Assembly (NCBI RefSeq): GCF_009834535.1
Contig: NC_045697.1
Location: 24,678,001 to 24,742,000 of the forward strand
DNA length: 64,000 bases
Reading direction: 5' to 3'
Source of the DNA: Camelus ferus
Lineage: Eukaryota
Shown in pieces: positions 36,690 through 48,158 of this stretch; position 1 is the stretch's first letter, and each line of letters opens with the position of its first letter. The position numbers were made by a program, and so were the translations under genes. The notes beneath the pieces were generated by a model. That model did not search any database and was not told where the DNA came from. It saw nothing but the letters and a program-made list of their open reading frames with translations.

Positions 36690-37985
36690 AATTGGATTAG
36701 ACTCTAGAGTGGTTTATGCCATAAAGCCTTGTTGAAAACAATACAGTTATCAGCATGCAATTAGTGGATCCTAACAGCTGTTTGGAAAGCCAATTAGGCA
36801 GACAATTAACAGAGAGATCAGGGAAAGAGATAGCCAAGGAGAGCCCTTCCGAAACTCCTGGCATCCCAGGGTAACTCTGAGCAATAATACCTCAGGCTGT
36901 GCCCTCCAAGCAGCAGCATCTGAGGGTTCACAGTTCAGGGAAAGAGCTTCACTGCAATAGTCTAGCCGGATCACTAACAAACATCAACAACTAAAACAAG
37001 TTCTGCTGAGAAGCGAGATAAATCACTATCCAGATTTTTTAAACTCCATTATCTAAAATGTTCGTTTCAACAACAACTATATATAAATGTATATACATAT
37101 ACATATACATGTCATATTTTTTGTTCCTCAATTCCTCCAAAAATCCCTTCTTCTGTGGTTTATTGCATTTTTTCTAGTGCATTTTTCTGGGTTACCTCCA
37201 AATACATGTGTATTTATGTGTATATGTAAAACATGCAAAGAAGCAGAACTGTATGACTCACACACAGGAAAAGATAGGAAGCAAAAACGCCTGTGAGAGG
37301 ACCAAGATGTTGGGGTTTAACAAAGGCATCAAAGCAGCCATCATAAGTATATTCCAAGACCAGGGAAACTATTAAAAAGTAAGGCAAGCTCTGATGCCAA
37401 TGTCTCATCAAAAGTAAAGGCTCGACCAAAGTAGGACTAGTTTTGTATGCTACTGAAGCTGAGTTGGTATCAAATCAAGCTAGGCTGTTAGAAATTTAGG
37501 ATATTAATTAGAATCCCCAGGATAATAACTCAGAAAATTAAAAAAAAATACATAGAAAAGAAAAAAAACAAAAAATGCACTAAAAATACAATAAATCATA
37601 AAAGAAGGGATTATTGGAGGAATGGAGGAATAAAAAATATATATGTAAATAGCAAAATGGTAGAAGTAAGACCTTTCCTATGAGTAATCACTTTAATTAT
37701 ACATGAATTAAACTCATCAATTAAAAGACGGAGGCTGGTAGAATGGATAAAATATATAATCTGTTTATAGTCTGTCTACAAGAGTTACCTTATACCCAGA
37801 GATACAAATAAGTTGAAAACAAAAGAAAGATATTTCACCCGAGTAGTAACCAAATAGAAACTGAAAAGGCTATTCAAATATCAGGGGAAAAAAACCCAAA
37901 CAGACTTTATATAAAGAAGGTTAATTGATAAATTGATTAAATGGTCAAATTATCAAGAATATATAAAATTATAAACACAGGCACA
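36690..37985 (+). mobile_element. Old L1MC/MD-like 5' UTR, ORF1 remnants and start of ORF2 endonuclease region
   Basis: catgcaaagaagcag, then taatcactttaa...aattaaaagac...gaatggataaaa...tgtctacaagag, which is the degenerate start of the endonuclease domain. No intact frame. Confidence 0.75.
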
Positions 37986-37999
37986 CACAGATACTCATA

Positions 38000-38426
38000 G
38001 ATTCCATGGCAAAGGCTCATGTCATGCATGGGAAGCACCAGAGTTGGTCAGGAGGCAGAAGATGTTGGGGAAATTGTGGTCAAGAGCCTTTACTGTGGTG
38101 GTTTCTGTGGGAAGCAACAGGACGGGCAGTGACAGCAGGCTAGTCTGTACGATTTCCGTGGGCTCTGGGGCATAGTGGCTGTCCTTAGTTGTCTGGGGGT
38201 GAGTAGAGCAGGTGGAGGGGGCCTGGTATGCAAGAGTCCAGAAAAGGAGGTAGTTGGGGGTATGGCATCTGGACTGGCTGGTATGCATTTGCAGGCACAC
38301 TTAGGAGTGAGCTTTTTACTATAGGCAGGAATTGGCTAACCCAGGGAGGGGCAGTCTCTCTAGGATCAGCAGGGCCCCAGATGTCAGAACATCAGAATAT
38401 GTAAAATAAAAGACATGGTTAATAGA
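38000..38426 (-). mobile_element. MER74-like LTR (ERVL)
   Basis: Reverse complement begins t.tattaaccatg...gacatctggggccctgctgatcc...gactgcccctccctgggttagccaattcct, matching my recollection of MER74. Confidence 0.8.
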
Positions 38427-38439
38427 ATATTAGATTATT

Positions 38440-39100
38440 AGCAAAAGTTTGAGACTATACTGATATAAGTGCTTGAATAAATAGAGAGAGCCCTCCCATG
38501 CAGAGAAGTGCCAAATGATTTTGGTAAATACTCTACCTTTAAGGAGGCAGAGCACAATTCCCCACTTCTTAAGTGTGGGCTGTGCACAGAGACCTTCTTC
38601 CAAAGAGGACGGTAGCTAAGGGAGAACAACAGAGTAGCTTTACGGTGGAGAAACAACTCCCCACGCTGGGGGATGAAGCTTAGCACCAACAGTGACTGGT
38701 CATTGATACCATGTGTCTTTGATGTGATGAGTTCAGAATGGCACTTTAGCTCTATATTTTTCCTTTCCAAAGTATATTATTCAAATTTAATCATGAGAGA
38801 AAATATCAGACAAATTCTAATTGAGGGACATTCTACAAAATGTTAAAACACCTAACCAGTAATCCTCAAAATTGGCAAAGGCATAAAAAAACAAGGAAAG
38901 TCTGAGAAATGGTCACAGCCAACAGAGCCTTGAGAAACTTGACGACTAAATGTAATGTGGTCTCCTGGATGAGATCTTGGGAAAACTGAATAAAGAATTG
39001 CCTTTAATTAATAATTATATATCCATATCAGTTCATTTATTTTGACAAATACATCCTATTAATATAAAATGTTAATAATTGGGTAAATTGGATCTGGGGT
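38440..39100 (+). mobile_element. L1MC/MD-type 3' UTR
   Basis: ccccacttcttaagtgtgggctg, aattgagggacattctacaaaat, gactaaatgtaatgtggt. Confidence 0.85.
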
Positions 39101-39240
39101 TTATCTGAGTGTTTCTGGCTCAGGATTTCTTACAAGGTTGTAGTTAAACTGCTGACCAGAGATGAAGTTATTTCCAGGGATTGACTTTGGAGATTCTCAT
39201 TCCAAACTCAATCAGATAGTTGCTGGCAGGTCTCAACTTT
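39100..39240 (-). mobile_element. MLT1 LTR fragment
   Basis: tctggctcaggatttcttacaaggttgtagttaa...gttgctggcaggtctca. Confidence 0.55.
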
Positions 39241-39934
39241 TGGGAAATCCACCAATGATAATAAACATTCTAATAAAAATAACCATAGATAATACTGACT
39301 GAGCACACTGTCAAGTGCTTGTGTATTGTCTAATTTTATACTCACAGCAATGCTACTAAGTTAATATTATTGTTTGTGCATTGTGTGTTCATACAAGCAA
39401 TGGTAAGAATTGAAAGTGGAAAGCAAATGGTTTTAATTTGGGGAAACTTAAAAATTATTTACATGACTTCTTCCAAATAGCTTAATGGTTCCCATTTTGA
39501 TACAGTAAGGGAAAAGACAAAAAGATGAAAGAAAAAGCAACCCTGCATAAATTAGGAATATATGCAATAAAATTACTGTATACCTAACATAATATTTTTG
39601 TTAGAAGAATGACAGATTATTTTGAAGAAAAATACATACAATAGAAAAAACAGGGCTAATAAATTTTTATATAATCTATACATCTGGACAATATTTTATT
39701 GTTGTTTTCAATATATAGTACTTGATGTTATTTTTTTCTGTGAATATGACTGTACCCATGTGTTTGTTCATTTTTATTAATGTGTACTCACAGAATCTAT
39801 AACCAGATGTGCGGTTCATTAGGTACTACATAACAACCATATTGAAGCATTTTACTCTTTGAACTTGGTCCAAAGAAGAGGCTGAGGCTGTGATTGTAAA
39901 ATCCTCTGTAAAGATCTCTGAAAGGTGAAAGGTG

Positions 39935-40225
39935 TTGTTGCCTACACAGAGACCTATGTGGCAAGGAACTGAGGGAGGCTTGTGCTAACAGCCACTCAGT
40001 TCAACAACCTTCCAGAAACTAAGTTACATCGATACAGTGAGTTTGCTTAGAGATGGATCCTCTTCCAGTTGAGCGTCCAGATGAAACTGCAGCCCCAGTC
40101 AACACTTCTACTGCAACCTCAGAGGACACCCTGAGGTAGAACCACTCAACTAAGCCTCTTTTGTGTTTTTTGGGTTTTGTTTGTTTGTTTGTTTTGTTTG
40201 TTTGTTATGCTGCAATAGAGAATCA
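39935..40225 (+). mobile_element. MLT1 LTR 3' half
   Basis: atgtggcaaggaactgaggg, cagatgaaactgcagcccc, tttgttatgctgcaataga. Confidence 0.75.
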
Positions 40226-40524
40226 GAAGGGTAAGGTTGTTGTGAGCCTAAAACTGATAACGCAGGAAGCTCTGCCACAGCATAGGTGCTCAATCTACAT
40301 TTTCAATTGCTATTTTTATTAACAATGCTCATATTTGATGAGATTCCCCTTTTATTAGCATATTCCAAGAATATTGAGAGAATGGCTCTAATTTTATCAG
40401 ACTTTCAAAAACTTCTGAATAGGCTCCAATACATAAAATTAACTTCTAGAAAAAAAGGTACACAGCTATTCATCTATATATTTTTTAAAGCATATCTTAT
40501 TTGGTTTCCTGTATTTTATTCCTA

Positions 40525-40670
40525 AGTCTCTTTGGTAAGTTTACAGTACCTTACTTTTTCAATCCATAAAATGAGAAATAATTTCCACCTACACACCTCA
40601 CAGGATATTGTGAAAATTAATGAGGTAATATGTATGAAGCTCTAGAAGCCTTTAAATAGTGCTATAAAAA
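40525..40670 (+). mobile_element. MIR SINE
   Basis: ataaaatgagaaataat...cacctcacaggatattgtgaaaattaatgaggtaatat. Confidence 0.7.
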
Positions 40671-42467
40671 TGAGGATTTTATCCCTGTGTGTGGGTCCTA
40701 CCTATTTTTCTGAATGGCTTCCAGCATGGTGACAGAAGAAATGATAGATAAGTGAATAGGTAGGCAGATGGGAGAGAAGGTGGGAGAAAGAGAGAAAAAA
40801 TAGAATAATAAATTACAGAAGAAATTATTGGTTTCAAAATTGTAATGAAAGTGTCTTTTTTACTTCCTGATCACAGGTATTTTCAATGATATGCAAACCT
40901 GTATTTGACAGCTATCTGGTTTCTTCTTGTATTTTTGGAATGATTAAGGGGATATTAATTAGATCTTCATAATTCATTTGACACATTTTTAACTTCTAAT
41001 CTATATATGATTGTTTTTTCTACTGAAAACATCCACTAAAAATAACACAATTTTCTATGTATTTTATCAATCTCTTCTCTCCTTATCCAATCTATATCTT
41101 TCAGATTATCAATGCTTTAATATTTCTATTTTGTACACATGCAAGTGTTTGTGTGTATATAAATGCAAGAACATATAATTAAAATGGAATATTTTCTAGC
41201 TGATGTTCAGTGACAAAGTACAAGAAAAAAAGCATATGTGACAAATTATATCAAGTTTCCAAACAGAGGGATAAATCATGTGAACAATATTTTCATATGT
41301 ATAACACATAAAACCACCCATAAGACCCATATTTAACTATACCGACCTTAAATCCAGTCCAATAAAGGCTCTTAAGCAATTATGAAAGAGGCTGGGAATT
41401 TATAGAGAAACTTTGGTGAGCTCCTATAAGGTAGGGATGGGGGAAGTCTGTTCGTATGGCAAGCCTGGTGGGCACAACACAGAGAGCTTCTGTATGCGCT
41501 TGGAACTTGGTGAACACAGTATTTGGTATCTGATTCACACCTTATCATTCCAAAGCATTAAAGACTGGCTTTACTGTCTTGAGACAGTGGAATAGAAAAC
41601 ACTGATTCAAAAGTAACTCCATTCACATTAATCGGGGATTAAAGTTGCATATTTCTCATTGATACAGTCACCTGGATTACTTAACCAATGTGTCATAAAA
41701 GTCAAATGGAGAAGCAAAAGCATTGAAATATACAGGAGGAGGAATGTAGATGAATCCTCAGAAACTGAGGAAGGATCCTTCCAAGTGACACACCAGGAGA
41801 TAGGTAGGACTGTCACTGCATGTGAGAGACTCGGAGTGAGCAGAGGGGTTTTCTATGAAGACAGCACAGAAGTGCTCCCAGCGCAATGAAGGGGGCCGTC
41901 CACCGCGGCTGCGCTCTGTACTCTCCCCGCCACCTCCCCGGAACACTGCTCACCTCACCCCACCACAGTGTCCCATCAGTCAGAGGCAGTGTCCTGAGTG
42001 GAGAAGACCACGGCAGGGGAGAGAGCAAAGGAGCTGACTCTGAACTCTTCCCCTTGCAGGCTCCTCCACACGGAAGTAGTCAAGAGCAACAAAATGAGAA
42101 TTTTAACTTTAAGTTTAGAGTTCTGAACTTTCAAGCTTCTGGACATTTTATTAAAATGAATCTGCTTGAACTCAAAGTCATGTGAACATTTTTTTTTTTT
42201 TAGTACCTGAGAACTATAAGACTAGCCAAGGAATATGCCTTAAATTTTATCCAAGGGCAAAGAGGAATGGATCTCCAAAGTAGTATGAACAGGAGGTAGG
42301 AGGTATAAATCAAGTTTTCTGTTGTACGTGAGTCTCTACTCCATGGAGAATCTTTGGTGAGCTACAGGTCTTACTAATTCACATATACCTACTCACACAC
42401 AACACAAACACCTGTATACATATGCTTCTTTCCTTAGTTTATACAGAAACATATTCCTAATGATTAT

Positions 42468-42720
42468 ACAGCATATTATGTGCCAGGATTGTTCTAAGAA
42501 AATTTGCACCTTATGTATATGAACATATTTAATCCCTGAAATATCATGAAGTATTGATTATATCTAATTATTATTACTCCCATTTTATAAGTTAGGAAAT
42601 TGAATACAGAGTAATGAAGTCACTGTAAAAGTTTACATAGCTGGCAATGGGGAAAGGCAGGATTAAGATGCAGGCAGGCATTCTGGCTTCAGAATTTCTA
42701 CTTTTGACTAACATACCATA
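42468..42720 (-). mobile_element. MIR SINE
   Basis: tatgtgccagg...cccattttataagttaggaaattga...tctggcttcagaat. Confidence 0.7.
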
Positions 42721-42744
42721 CAGCGCATCTTCTTTGTTCAGGTA

Positions 42745-42817
42745 TTTATAAATGTACATATACAAATATATGAATATGCATATATGTATGTCTGTGTATT
42801 TGTGTATGTGTGTGTGT

Positions 42818-42850
<33 letters not shown>
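42745..42850. repeat. (TA)n/(TG)n low-complexity microsatellite
   Basis: Seen directly. Confidence 0.9.
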
Positions 42851-42853
<3 letters not shown>

Positions 42854-43559
42854 TTTTCATCCTTGTTACTCTTTTAATAAACAGTTCAATTATTTTGGAG
42901 AAATACTCAGAGTGCTTCAGCTATTCCACTTTTATCACAGATGATACACGAACTCAGGCTTTTCCATAAATTTTATAAATAGGAAATGGCATTTCCTTCT
43001 ACTATTTACAGGGGCAGGGAGATAGGTAGAAGAGATCAGAGAAAACATAAGTCTTAAAGCTTAAGTTTACTTGATAACACTTGGGGGATATTTCAGACTG
43101 ACATATTTTCAACACTCATGGAGGTTATATGAAAATTCCTTCTAAGTCTGTTTTGCTTATTTTCTTCTATAAGTGAAACAATTTGATTTAGATTAATTTT
43201 TATTTCACCTAAATTGCTCTAGATGAATTGAGTAATACAGAAATATACACTCTTCCTCTGTATTATCAAAAAAAAAAAAATGGACATGCTTTACACCTTA
43301 GTGTGCTACGGTGGTAGAAGGTACTTAAGTGTTTTTTATGCCCAAATAGGACATTAGGATCTTCTCATGACCCTCCTGAGTGAGGTTATGTGAGACATTT
43401 GTATCATTTAACCTGGCTTTAAAGTGACTTCCCTTACATACACTATGTTTTGGGGGTATGATCACACTACCCATTTTAAATGTTTTATTGTTATGAACGT
43501 ATTATCATTATCAATGTTGAGTATGGAAAGTGGAGGAAAGTGGCTGGAAGCAGCCCATC

Positions 43560-43946
43560 ATGGTGTTTCAAAGAATAGTCTTTGGAGCTGGAATGTGACC
43601 TGAGACTGAAGTTTGCCTCCGCCAGTTTCTGTCTTTGTCCCTAACCAGTTACTTAACCCATTTGTGCTCTAGTTTCTTCATGTGAACGATGGAGATAATA
43701 ATAGCAATAACTCAGACCTCTTTGAGAAGACTTAACTGAGTTGATATTTATGAACTCTTAAAACAGCCACCCGGGGGGGAGGGTATAGCTCAAGTGGTAG
43801 AGCACATGCTTAGCATGCACAGGGTCCTGTGTTCAATCTCCATCCTCCTCTAAAAAATAAATAAATAAACCTAACTACCTCCCCTTCCAAAAAAAAAAAT
43901 TCTCTAGGAAAAAAAAAAAACCCAGTCATCCAGCACATAATAAGCA
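43560..43946 (+). mobile_element. MIR SINE split by a younger SINE
   Basis: agttacttaacc...agtttcttcatgtg..atggagataataatag before the SINE. Resumes as agcacataataagca after it. Confidence 0.7.
43773..43920 (+). mobile_element. tRNA-Ala(AGC)-derived SINE (camelid Vic-1-like)
   Basis: gggggggagggtatagctcaagtggtagagcacatgcttagcatgcac...gttcaatc carries A and B boxes and an AGC anticodon loop. Body aaataaataaacctaactacctcccc, A-tail, degenerate TSD at a TT/AAAA site. Confidence 0.9.
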
Positions 43947-44967
43947 AGAAAGAAACAAAATTTTTGTTAAGCAAAAGATTTTCTTGTTAGTTAAGGTTAA
44001 ACTGAAGTTTGTACATTTTTCTTGATGTTTTTCATGTGGTCTTGAGCTATAATTCATACTGCATATTGACATCTCCTATAATTCACATTTACATCTCATA
44101 TTTCACTGAATCAGTTACTTTTTTTTTTAACTTTAGAGAACATTAAAGAAGTATGTTGGCCAACAAAATCAAACTAAATGGCAAACACTAAAAACTGGAA
44201 AAGTTTATACATTAATCTAGAAGGACAGTCACACAGAAGAAAGACTAGAATACACTGTCCATGGATCATCCTTTTTCTATAGCATTCTAGTGGCACTGAA
44301 GAGGAACATTGGTATGAAACCAAGACAGAGATAAAATGCGGTGGAGGTGAAGTACCAAGAGAAGGGATCAACAAGGAGCTATTATGCATGAAAGCAGTAA
44401 GGCACAGTTGCATTCAGAAAGGACAGTTTCCAGAGTTGCAGTCTGAGATTCAGTCAGGGCTGGATTCACACATGGTGAGCTGGGTGGAGTAAGGTCCAGC
44501 CTTGGGAAAGACAGAGTTGGAAATTGGAGGGTCTGATGGGGGTCACGTGATCCACCTGTGACTGGAAGGTCTGTAATGGAAAGTCTTCTTACTGGCAGTA
44601 AATAACAATTTTTTCCCTTTTTTCCAATTGTGTTCATCTTCCACTGCTTTGAGAGTAATTAATAAGGATATAAGGCAGATCTGAGTCTAGAACAATTCGG
44701 CAACTTTACTCAGAAGGAAAGAGACAGTTACTTAATAGCTTTCTTAATTCACCTAGTGTTTCTGCTGTTCAGCACAGAAAATTTGGCTATTTCAAATCCT
44801 ACCAATTTTGAAGTAAAAAAAAATTCTTGAGACAATTGCATGTAATTTGTCATTGTTTGTAAAGTAGAGGACTTTGTGGCAATTGAAACAGGTCAAGTCT
44901 AGCCTTTTTGGCATCCTCAGGCTAGGTGGATTGTGTCAATTAGCAAAGTGTGCCTGTGCAAAGTAAG

Positions 44968-45451
44968 TGTATTTACTTTCTATTACTGCATAACAAATGA
45001 CTACAAAGTAGCTTAAAATGACATAAATTTCTTATCTCAAGGTTTTCTCAGAATTCCAGGCACAGGTTAGCTGAAACCTCTCTTTGAGTCTCACCAGGCT
45101 GAAACCAAGGTGACAGACTGGGCTACAATCTCATGTGAGGCTCAACATCCTCTTCTGAATTCATTCAGGATGTTCCCACAATTCAGTTACTTGGGGTTGT
45201 AGGACTGGAGGGCTCACTTTCTTGTCAGCTGTTGGCTATGGTTGCTGTCAGGTTTTAAAGGCCACCCTCACCACATGGTCCTCTGACAACACGACCGCTT
45301 ACTTCTTCAAAAGTAGCCAGAGAATCTCTTTTCAGTCAGCCAGCTACAATATATTTCAGTATCATATGATGCAATCATGGAGCGACTATTCCATTATATT
45401 CACATGTCCCACCCATACTCAAAGGAGCCACCTAAAAATCCTCCTATGATA
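44968..45451 (-). mobile_element. MaLR LTR, MLT1D/E-like
   Basis: tgtatttactttctattactgcataacaaat...gtctcaccaggctgaaaccaaggtg...ttcagttacttggggttgtaggactg. Confidence 0.8.
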
Positions 45452-45802
45452 AACAGGGAATAGAGGAGACAGTGGTAAACATGAAATCAAATGCACTTTC
45501 CAAATTGACAGCTGCTACTCAGTTCCAGCCAGTGTTGCCATATGATAATCAAAGCCCAATGTTCCAAATTTTAAAGTGATGTGGTAAATCTAGAGTTTTA
45601 TATTACACTTTCCAGAATGTAAAATAGGCCAAGCATTCCGTTATTATGACCTCTAGACTATTCTAGACTAGAATAAAGTATAAAGCTGCCTATTGTAGGA
45701 ATTTAGTCATACCTCCACGGATTAGAGAGTGAGATCTAAAAAAAATACAATAATGTGAAGAAGAAAACGTGAATATACACAAAATTCCAAATAAAGGTTT
45801 TC

Positions 45803-45804
<2 letters not shown>

Positions 45805-45836
<32 letters not shown>
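45805..45836. repeat. (TG)16 microsatellite
   Basis: Seen directly. Confidence 0.97.
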
Positions 45837-45839
<3 letters not shown>

Positions 45840-45948
45840 AATTGATTATCTTTTTTAGAAGAGGATGAGCTCTGAAACTGTCTTTGAAAGCTTCCGGGAG
45901 AAAAAGGGAGTCTGAACTGAAACTTGACATAAATAGAATGTTCTAATG

Positions 45949-46253
45949 CAGAGATCAGCAAATGACACCACATGGCTTAAACGTTACGTGTGAGATAAAA
46001 CATTTTACATTTTAAATGTTTGAAAAAACATCAAATCAAGAGTAATATTTCATGACACATGAAAATCAGTAAAATCCAAATTTCTCAGTCCATCATTGAA
46101 ATGTTATTTGAACAAGGTCACACTCACTTGTTTACATTTTGCTAGTGATTGTTTTAAGACATTACAGGAGAGTTGTTGCAGCAGAGACCATAGTAGCCAG
46201 CTGAAAATATCTATTATCTAGCCTTTTACAGAAAAAAAAATTGCTGACTTTTG
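45949..46253 (+). mobile_element. MER58B-like hAT-Charlie MITE
   Basis: Terminal inverted repeats cagagatcagcaaa / ttgctgacttttg. Internal taatatttcatgacacatgaaaat and cagagaccata...ccttttacagaaaaa. Degenerate 8-bp TSD ttctaatg / ttctagta. Confidence 0.88.
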
Positions 46254-46293
46254 TTCTAGTAGAAAATTATGGGACAGAATTGAGTTTCAGTAC

Positions 46294-46296
<3 letters not shown>

Positions 46297-46329
<33 letters not shown>
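46297..46329. repeat. (CA)n microsatellite
   Basis: Seen directly. Confidence 0.97.
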
Positions 46330-46330
<1 letters not shown>

Positions 46331-47639
46331 TCACAAATGATGGCATCTGTACTCAGGGAAATAAGATAGTAAGGAAAACTCTTAGCATGTGTTAGAAAGC
46401 GACCCACTTTCCCTCTTGCTCAACTGAAAAGGAAAGCAGCTTCCACATGGTGCCCACATCACTCATTCACTCTGTATGTCACCAGACAACGAGGCTGAAC
46501 TATTCTTGGTTGACCCACACCCTGTCCTGGCTTCAATATCTCTCTCACTGTTGAGACTTCCTTAATAACACTAATCTCATACACTCTCAGTGTCTGAAGC
46601 TGTTTGCAACTCACGTTATATCAGATGAACTGCTTCTCCTCTTACTGACAATGGTAGGTTAATTATATTAGTTTCTCAGAAGCAGCAGCAGCTGTAAACG
46701 ACAGCTCTAAGGATGAGAGAGACTACAGAAGAGGGCTTGGAGAAAACAGCCGTGGGAATCTCCTTTCTTTGGAGACACTGAGATACAAAGAGTAGTGAAC
46801 GAAACTCTCATTCTCCTTTCAGATATTTCATTCTGGACATGATTCAGCATTACAGAAATATTCACACTAATGAGGTTTTTTTTTGGTTTTTTTTTTTTTT
46901 TTGATGCAAACAGATACAGAATAACTGGAATGCCAAGATAGCCAACCTGGGATGTCCAACAAGATAATATATCATGTTATAATTGTAACAGAACACATAT
47001 CATACACATACACTGTTGTTGAATAAATCTTTCTTATTTTAGTCATAAAATACCATTATTTTGTAGTAAAACACAGACATCACTAAACCCATATCATTTT
47101 AATATGGATAAAAAGGCCATTAATGGGGAAAAAAAACCCCTCAAAATGCCAACAAAATGTGGCCATAGGAATGAGAAGGGTGTGTGTGTGTGTGTAAGGA
47201 TGGTATTGGGAGTAAGTTAATGGGTAGCAAAATATTTAAACATAACTATACTTGGTCATCAGATTTTTAAAACACATGTTCTGTGTTTTATGTATAAACA
47301 TAGTTCTCTAATCAATAGTTTGCTAATTAAAGGAATGTTGCTTTCTTAGTAAAAATGTTTATATTTAAAAAAAGTGTTTTGTGAAGCTAACCAAGAGTAA
47401 ATTATCTTTCTTTTATTCTTTAATTTCCAGAGCTAACATCTAATTTATTCTTCAAAGGGAAATACACACACACACACACATACACAATCTTTCCTGTTTT
47501 AAGAAGTTGGTGGATGCAGGCTCATATTTGGAAATGTGAAACTTTAGTTTAAAAATTATTTTAAGTTTCTTTTTTTATGGGTGTGGGTATTTTTCCGTAA
47601 GTATTTCATTTGGGATTGGGGAAATTACACATAGGCCTA

Positions 47640-47965
47640 TCACCCAAGGAAAGATAAAGTCATAGAAACATACTCATATTACTGAATGCTCCCCAGCAAT
47701 AAAGGAGTGAAACTTTGACACATCTAACAACATGGATGAAACTCAAACACATGTTGAAGGAGAAAGGAAGCCAGATTCAGAATTAGTCTATTACAGAATT
47801 TTAAAAAGTAGCTACCTCTGGAAGATACTGGGGTTTTGATTGAAAGGGGATAGAAGGGAATTTTCTGGCTTGATAGAAATTTTCTATATGCTGTTATAGT
47901 TTCAAAGGCATATCCAATTATCAAAACTCCAACTTAAGACTTAAGATGCCTGCAGGTTATTATAC
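47640..47965 (+). mobile_element. L1ME-type 3' fragment
   Basis: cagcaataaaagga, aacatggatgaaactcaaacacatgttg...gaagccaga, gatagaaattttctatat. Confidence 0.65.
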
Positions 47966-48158
47966 ATGTATAGATATAAAAAATCAGAAGGAAATGAATT
48001 AAAGTGGCTGTCTGGTTTATCATTACTAAATTTCCATTTGTTCTAATTTTTGCTGCTTCATTTTTTTTCTGAAAAAGCTTTAATATTTATATATTTATAA
48101 CTATGCAAGTATGCATCCATATATATTTATAAGTATAAATTTGAAGAACATATTTGTT

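Noticed and set aside
43773..43850. tRNA-Ala gene
   Set aside because: The stems are mismatched and it continues into a SINE body and A-tail. A second copy lies at 27.8 kb. It is a SINE.
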